DNA from: Dehalococcoidia bacterium
GTDB taxonomy: Bacteria > Chloroflexota > Dehalococcoidia > Plut-88900
NCBI GenBank assembly: GCA_965207225.1
Contig: CBDBLV010000004.1
Coordinates: forward strand, 768,001-832,000
Direction of reading: 5' to 3'
DNA: 64,000 nt
In this document: positions 10,013 to 21,282 of the stretch, piece after piece
Numbering within the stretch: the stretch's first letter is position 1
Layout of the letters: every line of letters starts with the position of its first letter
Position numbers and translations under genes: made by a program
The notes under the pieces: model-generated
What the model was told of the DNA's origin: nothing
The model's input: only the letters and a program-made list of their open reading frames with translations
Database searches by the model: none

Positions 10013-12368
10013 ATGGAGCGCATGAATCTAACAAACTCAAGACTCCTGCTGTTGGCAGGTTCGTTCGTCCTAGCGCTGGGGATAGCCCTGTTGATCGCGT
10101 TGTCCGGTTCACAACCCGTATCCGGGCAGGTCGAGGGAGAGCATGAGTGCAACGAAAAAGACCCTTCGCAGGACTGCACACATACGCCCACGCCCGTGCC
10201 TCCGCCACCGCCACCGCCTCCGCCTACCAATACGCCTGTGCCTCCGCCACCGCCGCCACCGCCGCCTACCAATACACCCGTGCCACCGCCTCCTCCACCT
10301 CCGCCGCCTACCAATACGCCCGTGCCACCGCCTCCTCCACCTCCGCCGCCTACCAATACGCCCGTGCCGCCCGATCCCCCAAGCGAACCCCAAGGTGAGC
10401 TTCGGTTCTCTAGACTACTCCGTGGGAGAGGGGAGCAACATCGCGGTGATCGTGAATCGGACTCAGAACACGTCCGGCAGTCTGAGCATTACCATCAGAG
10501 TCTCCCACGGATCGGCTGAGGACGGAGACTACACGGTTCCTGGACTGTCCAACGGCAGGCTGTCGCTGTCGTTCAGCGACGGCGACGATTCCGAGTCGTT
10601 CACGATCAGAACACACCATGATTCCGACTGCAACAACGAGACCGTGAACGTCAGGTTCGGAACCCTGCCCTCTGGAGTGGATGAAGGTTCGCATACCAGC
10701 GCGACGGTCACGATCAACGACGATGATGCGTGTCCGACTCCGCCCGGAAAGCCTCAAAACCTCACCTACACTCCCGCAAGGACGGAGGGCAGAGTCGTTC
10801 TCGACTGGGATGCCGCTTCCGGCGCCACTGGATACCAGGTGCGGCAGTGCGTGAGACGCCACAACAATCCCAATCGTTGCGACTACTCCACGGTTCAGAC
10901 TCTGGGAAGCGGGACGACCATAGCCACAGTGAGCGGACTTGCCACTGGCAGGCTTCATGACTTCAGAATTCGAGCCACCAAGGGATCGCTGAGCGCCGAT
11001 ACGGACACGATCACGGTCAATCTGAAGCCGGCGCCTCGGAATCTAACGGGCGCTTACGTGGCGGGGCAGCACCGGAAGCTAACGCTCACGTGGGACCCCG
11101 TGCCTAATCCCGACGTAGGCGACGACTTGGACGGCAACTACCACGTGGAACAACTCTTCCCGAACAATAATCCTCTTGACTCTGGTTGGAAGAGGCTGAC
11201 GGATACTCCCCGCGACGGAGTGACGATAGGCTCGATAGCCAGCGTCGGCGGCAAGCTCATGGTCGTAGTCAGCGGGCTGACTCCCGGAGAGTCGTACCAG
11301 CACAGGATAAAGGCCGAGAGCGTACAGGGAAAGTCGGTCGAGTCCAACGTCGTCACGACGACCGTTACGGACGAGTCTCCCACCGTTGCGCCGCCCACGC
11401 CGACGCTCAGCCTTCTGATAGGCAACAGGGGCATCCAACTCGATTGGACGGAGAATGTTCCAGGAGCGGATTCCTACCAGGTCAGCGCAACGCCGGACAG
11501 TCCTTCGCTGGCATTCACGCCTCTTCCATCCCACGCGGTTGTTGAGATACCCGGTAGCTTCTGGGTAGATGTCGGCAAGGGGAGCGGCGCTGTCCAGATA
11601 TTCGGATTGACGCCCGGAACACGGTATACGTTCTCCGTCAGGGGACACAACGGTTCGGGTGGCGGCCCCGCCGCAAGCGCGGAGCATGTGGCGCTTGAAC
11701 CAACTCACTGGTGGGGACACCAAGCCGATCATACCGTCGGTTACATCATCGGAAATATCACCGAGCCGCTTCTACAGGCCGCGATTCCTGATGCGGTCGC
11801 CGATTGGAACGGCAGGCTGAACTTCGGTCTGGAGATATGCGATGACTCGGACAGGGACTGTAACAGGCGGAATTCCGATAGGTTCATAGCCACTATCAAG
11901 ACGGTGGCTCCAAGTTCGCCCAGCGACAATATCACTGGGTGTGGACGGAGCGTGGCCTGCGTGAGTCCTACAGGCTCAACTATAGAATCGCCCGGCGGCG
12001 TCGGCAGGCATATGACGGACATGGATGTGATCTTCGAGGACCCGCCCTATGGGTGTACCAATGGCAATAATCGCTGTCGGGCTGCCGATCAAGTGACGTA
12101 TGAATGGACCAATGACCCGAACAAGAGCCACGTTGTCGTAGATCCGACAATTAGCTGGAGACATCTATACCTTCATGCTGGGCATTTGGCGCTCCACGAA
12201 TTGGGACACACGCTGGGGGCGCCGGACTTCTACAGCGATGTGATGACGGGACTCGATGGCGAGACTGCCATAATGAACCTTCAGTGGGATGCCAAGACGA
12301 TACAGGACGAGGACATCGCGCAGTTGGACGCGATCTACAGAACTCATTCGAGCCACTCTGCAAGGTAG
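10013..12368 (+). CDS. Secreted modular zinc metallopeptidase: signal peptide, polyproline repeats, Calx-beta, about 3 FN3 domains, metzincin domain; one-base frameshift near 10376-10382
   Basis: ORF 10013 supplies the signal and (TNTPVP9)n. ORF 10143 supplies PKVSF...VTINDDD (Calx-beta), FN3 units, and HELGHTLGAPD with Met-turn AIM. The frames join at GATCCCCCAAGCG if one base is removed. Confidence 0.8.
10190..10372 (+). repeat. 42-bp tandem repeat (about 4.3 units) encoding TNTPVPPPPPPPPP
   Basis: ACCAAT recurs at 10226, 10268, 10310 and 10352. Confidence 0.95.
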
Positions 12369-12404
12369 CGTCCTGTGAGATGCCTGAAAGTGAGAATAGG
12401 GAAT

Positions 12405-14245
12405 ATGAGGTCACTAACGATTTTCGCCATGCTGTTGGCCTGCGCGCTGCTGTCCTGCTCCCCAACTACGCAACGGTCCGAGCCGAACGAGGGCCTAGTG
12501 GGCGCGCCACAGCGCACTGGCAACCCTCCAAGTCTGTCGGCACAGACCGGCAACCCCCCAGCCACTGGGACCACGGCATTTGCGTACTTCGGCGAAGAAT
12601 CCATCGAAGAGCGGATTGCAGGGAGAGACACTATCGTCAGGGCGCGCTTGGATACCACAACGGTTGAGGTTGCCACGTCGACGGTCGAGGGATGGAGTGA
12701 CTATTACTACGTCGCCCTGAGATTTCACCTAACGGTGAGCGAGTATCTAAAGGGAAGCGGCGCGAACAGCATCACCGCGTTCACGATTCAGGGCGATTAT
12801 GACACGCGGAAGGAAGCCGAGGACGCCATGCCGGACATCCTCGCAGGAAGAGTTACCACCTGGGATGATCGAGAAGCGTTCTTCTTCTTGACTGAAGATG
12901 ATCCAGAAGACACTTTCAGTGGATCGGTTCAGGGCGCTAACGACTATTTTCTGTCGGTTGGAGACTCGGAACAGGATATGTACAGCCTTCACAACAGACA
13001 CAGAAAATTGTGGCTTCCGTCTGCTGGAACGGCAGCCACAGGAGATGACCAAGAGTTTCTGCTTGCGGCGCCTCAGCAGGGTATAGACACTCCTACGATA
13101 ACCCTCGGAGAGTTGAAGAGCAGGATCGCCGCTGTCAATGCCGAATTGAACGGAGGCGATGGCTCGGAGGCTTATAAGAACTGCATCAGAACAAAGTATG
13201 CGCTTGAGCGTAATGATAGCTTCCGCGAATTAACGCAATCTAGGACGAACTACGAGCCGGTATGGGGAGGCGATGGCTTTGCATCCGGCCAGCCCGCCGG
13301 GACTGAGGTGTACAGGTACTTCCGTGAAGGTTTCGCCCAGCCTGCCGAAGACAAGTCAAAGTTATGGCTTGACGGTCGGGACGCGGACTTGTTTGCCGTC
13401 AAACTCAGCGATCTTCGGCCCGGCCCGGACTTTGACAGGGACGGTCAGTTTGACCTTTTTGAGTTCGACCAGAGCATCGTGTCTGTCCGTCCCATACCGG
13501 CGGGAACATATGAGTTCAATCATAACTACATGCCTTACGGGTTCCTTGCTTGTGATCACTCTTACTCGTTTGAGATGACGGCAAATGTCCTCACCCCCGA
13601 CGGCTCGTTGCACGAGTTCTTCTTCGATCCAGTCACGGACGGCGCGGCGGTTGCCGCCGACGCCACGAACGGCGTTCTGAAGCCCGCCGCGTTCACCGAC
13701 GCCAACGACTCGGCGGCGACCGTCAGCCGCATCGAGTGGGAGTCCGGCATGGTGAAGATGACGGTCAGCCCGCATACCGGACTCACAGGCCACTTCGTGG
13801 ACTTCATCGAACTGGACGGAACGGTGTCGCTGTCGCTGGCCGTATCCGCCGCGACGGTGGACGGCGCGAACGATACGCTGAGCTGGTCGGTGACAACCCA
13901 GCCTTGGGAGGACGGAGACCTGCTGATGGTTCGGATACGCGAGCCTTACGCTCCCGCGCCCACGGGTCTGCGTTCGTCGAGGGCGGGCAACGGGTACTTG
14001 ATCGCGTGGAACGCGGTGTCCGGCGCGAGCCAGTACGCGCTCCAGACACGCATTCCCGGCGTGCAGGACTGGACCGACACCACGCCGTTCGCCGAGGAGA
14101 ACAGGCAATGGTGTACGTACCCTCCCAGGATCTGTGGTGCGCGTTGTCATACGAGTTCAGGGTACGCTCGTACGGAGACGGGATTCGCTACGCGACCCAA
14201 TGGGGCGAGCCGTCGTCCGAGGTGGTCAGGGAGCGACAATGCTGA
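12405..14245 (+). CDS. Lipoprotein partner of the peptidase: TIMP/NTR-like N-domain, conserved LHEFFFDP domain, C-terminal FN3 (frameshift near 14103)
   Basis: Lipobox ALLSC; paralogous to 15561-17237. The FN3 domain begins in the main frame (APAPTGL...IAWNAVSGASQY) and finishes in the 13736 frame (YEFRVRSYGDG...WGEPS, stop at 14245). Confidence 0.75.
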
Positions 14246-14341
14246 CGCGGGTGGACACAGGCGTCAGCGAGAAGACAATACCGAGTCACTGTATTCAGAG
14301 GCATTCAGACACACACAGCATCATTTCTTGGAGGCGAATCA

Positions 14342-14752
14342 ATGAGCGACGCAACCATCTGGGACAGATACGACATTGGCCGAAAAGTAGAAAGTCTATT
14401 GGCCGAGGTCGAATACTACAACCCGGACCATCACTTTGGCAGGCCCTCCGTAACGCCCTACCAACTCGCGATAATGTTCAAGGAGCGATTCCCGGCGGAC
14501 TTCAAGAGCATTGGCCTCCCGGTCGGAGGAGCGGGAACCGGCGAGAGAAGAAGTCTGGCTCAGTACCTCGCGGGTCAGATGGCTCGTAAGATGGCCAATG
14601 GAGAGTTGCCCAACATTGAAGGAGGATTCCTATCGAACACTCAACTTCGTAACTTATCTTTCGACGACAGCGACGGTACGGTCATCACGTCGTCGTCGAC
14701 AAATTCCCAATACGACGTATCGCTCTTTCGTTTGAGGTCAACCGACCATTGA
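14342..14752 (+). CDS. Hypothetical cytoplasmic protein (136 aa)
   Basis: RBS GGAGG, ATG start and natural globular composition; no motif recognised. Confidence 0.7.
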   Translation: MSDATIWDRYDIGRKVESLLAEVEYYNPDHHFGRPSVTPYQLAIMFKERFPADFKSIGLPVGGAGTGERRSLAQYLAGQMARKMANGELPNIEGGFLSNTQLRNLSFDDSDGTVITSSSTNSQYDVSLFRLRSTDH

Positions 14753-14791
14753 TCGAAAGTCTGTCGTTCACTTTGACTCAGAACGCAGTAG

Positions 14792-15538
14792 GGAGGCTAC
14801 AGCGCGCCGACGCCCGCCAACATCGGACACCAAGAAGACCACACCGCGGAGTACGAGGTGGTCTTCATGCCTGCTACGCCGCCGAATTTGCCCTCAGGCA
14901 TTCCGGATCCCGCCGTGGTCATTCCGGCGGCGATCGGACCTGTTGCGGAGGCTTGGAACACGGCGGCGGCGATAGTGGGCAAGAACCTGCAGATATGCGA
15001 GGTCCGCGCCTGCGGCGTCAGCAACCACGACATTGGAACCGTGACGGTCAAGACCGTCCCAGTGAACACAATGGCCGTACCCACCGACACCGATCACAAC
15101 CACGGCTGCGGCTCGATCGTGGCTTGCGTCAAACTAGGTGTTCCGACTTCTTCAGCGTTCTCCTCGGACGGTCCCGGCAACCATCTGAGGGACCTATGGC
15201 TGGTTATCGAGGAGCCAGCATGGGAGTGCCGGGGGGATACCGATCGGGCGACCGGCGATTGCATACCTGTAGAACACGCCAGGATCTACTGGACCGGCAA
15301 CTCAGGGTTGGATAGGAATGATGTTCCTGGAGTCCCTAATTCTTACCATCACTACATCGGCTCCATACTCATCCACGAGTTCGGACACACACTGGGCCTG
15401 CCCGACTTCAGCGCCGACCATACGCTTATGAACTTGCTTGCAGTAATGGATAACCCCCACAAAAACAAGACGATAACCGATGAGGACGTAGCGCAGCTGC
15501 GCGCGATCTATGCCGTCCACGACTCGTCCGGCCACTAA
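14792..15538 (+). pseudogene. N-terminally truncated metzincin domain, paralog of the C-terminus of 10013-12368
   Basis: The frame is open from the TAG at 14789: IGHQEDHT...AWN...GCGSIVACV...HEFGHTLGLPDF...AVM...KTITDEDVAQLRAIY. It has no signal peptide or RBS. Confidence 0.75.
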
Positions 15539-15560
15539 CCACAGTGGGGAGGTCTGAACC

Positions 15561-17237
15561 ATGATGAGCGCAAGAAGCGCCGCAGCGCGAATATCCGCCG
15601 TAATCCTATTGATCGCGGTGGCGGCAATGCTGCCGGGCTGCGGCCTCTTCGACGACGGGCAGAATCCCGAAGCAGCGACGTTGGTGGAGCCGACGCCGTC
15701 AGCGACAACTCCCGCCTCAGCGGAGCCGCAGCCACCCGCCGCCGGTCCCAGCTCGATCGAAGAGCGGAAGCCCAAAGTAGAGGCATCGGTAAAACCGCCG
15801 CCGACCACAACGTCCGCCTCGGTAGCGACAGCGTCACTCGCCTACGACGGCCCAAGTTCGCTGGAAGAGAGGATTCTCGCATCCCCGGTGATCGCCAAGG
15901 TGCGGCTTGACTCGGTTTCCTCGACCACGGAATCCGGTCCAACCGTCCAGGGCACGAAGTACATTTTGCTATTGGAGTTCAGTTTCAGCGTTCTCGAGTA
16001 TCTGAAAGGCAGCGGCAACAACGATATTGTGGCCGTCTGGAACTCAGATCAACTATTCGGCACACGCCAAGAGGCCGAGGCCGCGCTGCCCGCTATCGCC
16101 GCGGCGCGGGACGCCCAGTGGGACGACCACGAAGCTATCGTCTTCCTGAAACATTCCCAGACGTATCTTGCTAGCACGCAGCGGGCGGAACGATATTATC
16201 TGTCTGGGGTGGTGCTCGGCTCATTCGGCCTTGACGATAACTACAGCCTGGCCAGCCGATACAACAATCTGTGGCTGCCCGCCGAGGCGTCCGCTGACGC
16301 TACGTCCCAGCCGAGTGGAGACCAGCAGCGCTTTCTGATGTACACGCCGGTGGCCACGGGGACGGCTCGCACAATAACGCTCAGCGAGCTGAAGACGCGG
16401 ACCGCGGCGGTCGCCGCCAAGATCGACGCCAGCGACGGCTCCGAAGAGTACATGGAATGCGTCTCCCGCACATATTATTACGAGGGAATCAACAGCTACC
16501 GTATGGCGACGGAAGGCCGCGGCTATTACTATAGTACCCCCGACCACGAACTGGGATCGGGGCTAGCCGCCTCTGCCGCGGTATATGAGCAGAATCCAGT
16601 TTTCGGGGGCCTTCCCGACAAGCGAGGACTGATCTGGCTTGACGGAGGAGACGCAGACCTGTTCAGCGTAGAGTACGACGATGCGGTTCCCTACGACTTC
16701 TCTGGCGACGGCGTGAACGACACCATTCGATATGCCTATCGCGTGGTTGCGTCGCGACCGCTCCCAGCAGGGGTGTACAGATTCCACTTCAACAACCGGG
16801 AAGTTCACTTCGTTCCCTGCGACGGTTACACGATCCGCTACGAGTGGACGGTCACCGTCAACGCCCCCGTCGGCTCGCTGCACGAGTTCTTCTTCGACCC
16901 GGTCACCGACGGCGTGGCGGTCGCGGCCGACTCGACGCATGGAGTACTCTATCCCGCCGGGTTCACCGACGCCAACGGCGCCTTGGCGTCCATCAGCCGC
17001 ATAGAGTGGGAGTCCGGCACGGTGGCGATGTTCGTCGCTCCACACACCGGTCTCGCGGACCACTTCGTGGACTTCATCGAGCCGGACGGCTCGGTGTCGC
17101 TGTCGCTGTCCTTTTCCGCCGCGACGGTTGACGTCGCGACCGGCGCCCTGAGATGGGCGGTGGCGTCCCGGCCGTGGGAGGACGGCGATCTGCTGATGGC
17201 GCGCATCCGAGTCGCCCAGACGCGCCAGAATCATTGA
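15561..17237 (+). CDS. Lipoprotein partner (TIMP/NTR-like N-domain plus LHEFFFDP C-domain)
   Basis: RBS GGAGG, lipobox LPGC, Pro/Thr/Ser linker; collinear similarity to 12405-13940. Confidence 0.85.
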   Translation: MMSARSAAARISAVILLIAVAAMLPGCGLFDDGQNPEAATLVEPTPSATTPASAEPQPPAAGPSSIEERKPKVEASVKPPPTTTSASVATASLAYDGPSSLEERILASPVIAKVRLDSVSSTTESGPTVQGTKYILLLEFSFSVLEYLKGSGNNDIVAVWNSDQLFGTRQEAEAALPAIAAARDAQWDDHEAIVFLKHSQTYLASTQRAERYYLSGVVLGSFGLDDNYSLASRYNNLWLPAEASADATSQPSGDQQRFLMYTPVATGTARTITLSELKTRTAAVAAKIDASDGSEEYMECVSRTYYYEGINSYRMATEGRGYYYSTPDHELGSGLAASAAVYEQNPVFGGLPDKRGLIWLDGGDADLFSVEYDDAVPYDFSGDGVNDTIRYAYRVVASRPLPAGVYRFHFNNREVHFVPCDGYTIRYEWTVTVNAPVGSLHEFFFDPVTDGVAVAADSTHGVLYPAGFTDANGALASISRIEWESGTVAMFVAPHTGLADHFVDFIEPDGSVSLSLSFSAATVDVATGALRWAVASRPWEDGDLLMARIRVAQTRQNH

Positions 17238-17329
17238 GTCCAGGGCGAGGGCCGCCGGAGACTGGATTGTCTACGCCACCCGGTGGGGGGCGCCGTCGGA
17301 CGCGGCGGTCAGGGAAAGTGGATGCGACA

Positions 17330-17632
17330 GGGGCCCGGAGTTCCCAGAGTCCGCGCACCTGTTCATCGTTACAGAGTCCGCGTCGGCGGGGGCCGATGCG
17401 GGAACCGTCTCCGCCGCCGACCCGGACGCGACCGACTCGGTGGCATACTCGATCGCGGTTGGGAATGAGGGCAGCAAGTTCGCCATCCGCGAGAGCTCCG
17501 GCGGTCATCAGCGTCGCGGGCGAGCTGGACCAAGAGACCGCTTCCTCGTACACGCTGAGCGTGAAGGCGAGCGAGGGTCGTGGCGGCTCCGATACCGTCG
17601 CGGTGAACATCGCCGCGACGCGCGGACCGTGA
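17330..17632 (+). pseudogene. Cadherin-like domain remnant
   Basis: PEF...F.VTESA.AG...GTVSAADPD.TDSVAYSI..GNEG.KFAI, then a frameshift, then VISVAGELDQET..SYTLSVKA. Confidence 0.7.
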
Positions 17633-18425
17633 GACCGGAACGAATCTGGATGGCCGTCTCGCAGGACCGCCGCGTCCGGAGCGGCCAGGCGCCAGGAGCC
17701 GCATCGAGAGGTCGGAGACGAATGGTCCGATGCGCCCATAGACGCAGCCCAAGCGAGGCGCGCCCAGGAAGCGGACCGGGATCGAACCTGGCCGGGTTCG
17801 GTATCGCGTCAACCGAGGAGGACAGCGCGACGCTCGTTTTGGACGTTGTGTAGGGAGCGGTAGTAGATTATCAGGTCGAACACAGGAAGGCTGGCACAGT
17901 CCGACCGACCGGTGGACCGCGTCGCCAGGCAAGGAGGGCGTTTCATTCGCACTCTGGAGCAGAACCGCTTCGATGAGATGGATGGGCCGGGATGCATAGA
18001 CCGGTTCGCCTGTAGGAGCCGGATAGCGAGGGTGAATCTGAAACGGACGCTCAGTTTGCTCGGCAAGCCCCGGCTCCGCCATCGATCGGAGACTCCAAAA
18101 GTATGTCGAAGCTGCTGGTCGGCAAAGACCCCGGGATGGACGGTATCGGGCGGTGCTTACAGACGCGTTGACGGTGAACATACCCACGCTCAGATGCCTC
18201 GAAGGGCTCAGGCATGCTGAGGACGCGCCAATCACCGAAGGTTAAACGCAAAAAGGGTCCGCATACACTCCCAGGCGACAGGGAGCGGCCTCGCCAGAAA
18301 CGCAAAAAGGGCGACATACATGAATAGCCAAGGGGACGACATCGCTCCGTCAGCGATGTCATCCCCTTTTGTCAGGCTCTTGGGTTCCGCGCAAGCGGAA
18401 GTCTGAACGACGTATGCGAAGAGCG

Positions 18426-19304
18426 CTACGCGATAGCCGCCTCCGGCCGCTTCAGCATGGCGGAGCAGCCGCGCTCGACGACATGCTCCACCGACACCCG
18501 TCCCCGGCTGTCGTACCCCGTTCGGAAGGCGTACTCCACCGTCGCCCCCTCAGGCGCCCGGCCACCGGTTCGCACGGCGCCTCCGCCGTCGCCGCGTCCG
18601 GGCCCGCCCGCGCCGCGCACGACCATGCCTCGGCGCTCGCCCATGCGCCAACCCATCACCTTCAACTCGACGGGAATGACTCGTTCCTCAGCCTGAGTCG
18701 GTTGGAAGAGCGCCGCGTGCAGCCTCTTCAATACACCCGGAGACGGACTGCGCCTGCCGGTCATGATCTGGGAGAGGTGGCCTGAGCTGACGCCGGCCCG
18801 CCGGGCGACCTCGTTCTGGCTGATCCCGAGAGCGTTCATCCGATCCCACACGGCGCGCCGATCCACGTCGGCGCATCGCGCGGGCGCGACCTTCGCCGGG
18901 GCCTCCAGCGCCGATTCGACCCGCGCCTGTACCTTCACGCCCATGCTCCTGTGACCGCGGGACACCTGGATCATGTAGCCGTAGGACACTCCCGCCCGCT
19001 CGGCCAGGTCCTGCATGCTCATGCCCATCTCCCGGGCCCGCTCCCTGATGTAGCTGCTCTCCGCGCCGACCACATCCCCCTGCCGGTAGACGACGCCCTG
19101 CGCAGGGACCTCTCCCAGCGCCTCCGTCGCCTTCTCCCGCATCGCCGGAGTCCAGGGCCTGCGCCCGGTGGCGATGCTCGACAGGTGACTGGGGTTCACG
19201 CCCATCCTGTCCGCCAGCTCTCCCATGGTCAGTCCCCGCCGCCTGGCTGCGGCCCTGAGCGCCGTCTCAGATCTCCTGGTGGTTGCAGTGTTGGTAGCCG
19301 TCAT
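18426..19304 (-). CDS. Protein with three tandem XRE HTH domains and a Gly/Arg-rich C-terminal domain
   Basis: RBS AAGGAGG before the ATG at 19304. Three HTH units: GLTMGELADRMGVNPSHLS, GMSMQDLAERAGVSYGYM and GISQNEVARRAGVSSGHLS. Confidence 0.85.
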   Translation of the reverse strand: MTATNTATTRRSETALRAAARRRGLTMGELADRMGVNPSHLSSIATGRRPWTPAMREKATEALGEVPAQGVVYRQGDVVGAESSYIRERAREMGMSMQDLAERAGVSYGYMIQVSRGHRSMGVKVQARVESALEAPAKVAPARCADVDRRAVWDRMNALGISQNEVARRAGVSSGHLSQIMTGRRSPSPGVLKRLHAALFQPTQAEERVIPVELKVMGWRMGERRGMVVRGAGGPGRGDGGGAVRTGGRAPEGATVEYAFRTGYDSRGRVSVEHVVERGCSAMLKRPEAAIA

Positions 19305-20406
19305 GTCGCTTCCTCCTTTAACGAAGAAGCGGGACGGCCCCCGTGTCGGAGACAGTCCCGCGTGGTTCCACGTCCCGGTGGCCGGGACTGTCTGTTTGGG
19401 TGTTGTTGTTGCCGTTGAGGCGAGTGGCCGGTCCGGCGTCCGTGCATGGGGAGGCCGTGTGCGGAGTGAACCTATGTATCGAGTCGCGGCTGGATGAGCC
19501 ACCGCTCCTCATGTACGCTCCGCGCCAAGCCAGGCGTCGCAATGGGAGCGGCCGTCTGGGACTCCTCGCTGAGCGGCGCGGCCATCAGACTATCCACCGG
19601 ATCTTCGGGTCTGCGTCGTAGCCAACCCATGTCCGTCGCCAGATCGCCTATTACTGCTGTTGCCGTGGTTGTAGCGCTCCTCCTTCCTGAAGCTCATAGC
19701 GTTGCCGTTGTCGATGATTTCGTCGCCGTTATCGTTGACTTCCGCGAGTCCCAGACCGTTCCGAAGACGCCCATCGCTCGAAGCCGGGAACGGACATCGG
19801 GGTGAAGGAAGACGCGGTTCGGCCCAGGTCACGCCGTGGGGAGGGGACCTACCGTGAAGCCGCTGAGTGGGGTGTGCGACCGGCCTCCCTGCGGATCGAA
19901 CACAGGACGGCGCGGTGTGAGAAGACGCAGTTCGCCCGGGGTGACAGACTTCCGGGGAAAGCCGCGAAGACGTGAGGTGGCCGGCCTGCGATTGGCAGAC
20001 CTTCGCGTGTGGGAGCCGCGGTCCGACCGACTCTCAGCCATACCGCAGGCGGGTGAAACCGGTAGAAGCGTTACCTGCGCTTCAACCAGCGTGTCCCGGA
20101 TTTCGATGCGGCGCCGGGGGAGCGGAGCTTGACCCCTAGACCGCGTCACGCAGCGGGAAGCGTTCGTCCCTTATGGAACTCCGTCGGGAGAGCGGGGCTC
20201 GATCCGTCAGGTCGCTCCGGGTCAGGGACTGACCCTCCAGTTTTCTCGGCGTGAAACACTGGAAAAAGCCAGAAACTGACTCGATTATCACCCGAACGGA
20301 TGCGCGATGGAAGCCCTGAATCGCCCCAATTCCCCTTTCGATCCCAGATCGCTTGCTGAGACGTGACAGCTTTGTGGCAACCATGTGGCAGGCGCTGGAA
20401 CCGCCC

Positions 20407-21282
20407 CTATTTCCTCCACAGTCCGAAGGTGAGAACGCGCCGTAGCCACCGCCTCAGCAGCGCCCATCTCCGGTCCACCCGCGCGTTCTCCAGCGACCGC
20501 CGCCTGCGCCGGAGCTGCTCGCGCCGGTCGGACCGGTCCCAGGGGTACGTGTCGGGCGGCAGCGTCAACTCGCGCGTGTCGATCAGCTGTATCTCCAGCT
20601 CCAGCGCGCGCATCCTGGCCTCGGCCCTCTCCAGCGCCGTACCAGTCTCCGCGCTCCGCTTGCGTTCGGCCGTCGCCCTGCGCCACTCGACGATCAGCGG
20701 CGTGGCTTCGCCGTACACTCGCTCCTCGCCCGGTTCTGCCTCCTCGGTCACCAGTTCGCGGTACTCCCTCCACGGCGGGGCGGGCGCGGGTCTGTCGTCC
20801 GGAGCGGCATCTGCCGGCGTTCCCTGAGTGTCCTTCGCGGACTCCAGCCGCTCCAGCCGGCGCTCCAGTTGTCGGATGGCCTTCGCTTGCTCCTCCCCCG
20901 TCGTCTCGCATCTACCCTCGATCGCTTCGAGGCGACTCCGGAACTCCTCCTCCAACAACGCCACGCGCTTGGTCAGGGCCTCTGCCCTCTCAGACTGCCG
21001 CGCGGCGGCCGAGCCACCCCCAAGCAGCAGGTGTCGCTCCAGCGCGGCGCTCATCCGCGCCGTCAGCCTGCCAGACTCGATGGCCCTGGACACGGTCCGG
21101 TAGCTGACGCCCAGACGCGCCGCCGCCTTCGCCCTGTCCCCGGCCTCGATCATATCCCGCAGCAGCGCCATGAGCCGCATGTCACCAAGGCTGTCCAGGC
21201 TCCGGCTGGAATCCGGGTACCACTCATCCCCGTCCGGTCCCGGAGCGTCCCTCGGCGCTTTGTCCACTTTCCTAGCTGGCAC
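20407..21282 (-). CDS. HTH plus coiled-coil hypothetical protein (island-associated; start uncertain)
   Basis: AKAAARLGVSYRTVSRAI HTH, a coiled coil and a basic amphipathic C-terminus; GTG at 21282 follows GGGGAG. A paralog lies at 36780-37298. Confidence 0.65.
   Translation of the reverse strand: MPARKVDKAPRDAPGPDGDEWYPDSSRSLDSLGDMRLMALLRDMIEAGDRAKAAARLGVSYRTVSRAIESGRLTARMSAALERHLLLGGGSAAARQSERAEALTKRVALLEEEFRSRLEAIEGRCETTGEEQAKAIRQLERRLERLESAKDTQGTPADAAPDDRPAPAPPWREYRELVTEEAEPGEERVYGEATPLIVEWRRATAERKRSAETGTALERAEARMRALELEIQLIDTRELTLPPDTYPWDRSDRREQLRRRRRSLENARVDRRWALLRRWLRRVLTFGLWRK

Noticed and set aside
9946-10356. Gly-rich minus-strand ORF
   Set aside because: It is the antisense reading of the polyproline repeat.
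10190-10372. Possible CRISPR array
   Set aside because: It is a coding tandem repeat without unique spacers; no cas genes are present in the window.
14246-14345. C-terminal tail of the 656-aa ORF as listed
   Set aside because: It is out-of-frame read-through; the FN3 motif continues in another frame and ends at 14245.
17640-18420. ORFs or structured RNA between the cadherin remnant and the HTH gene
   Set aside because: No recognisable motif, RBS or convincing structure.
19480-20400. Small ORFs or oriT/ncRNA upstream of the triple-HTH gene
   Set aside because: Only an RBS followed by an ACG-start frame of about 65 codons; nothing supportable.
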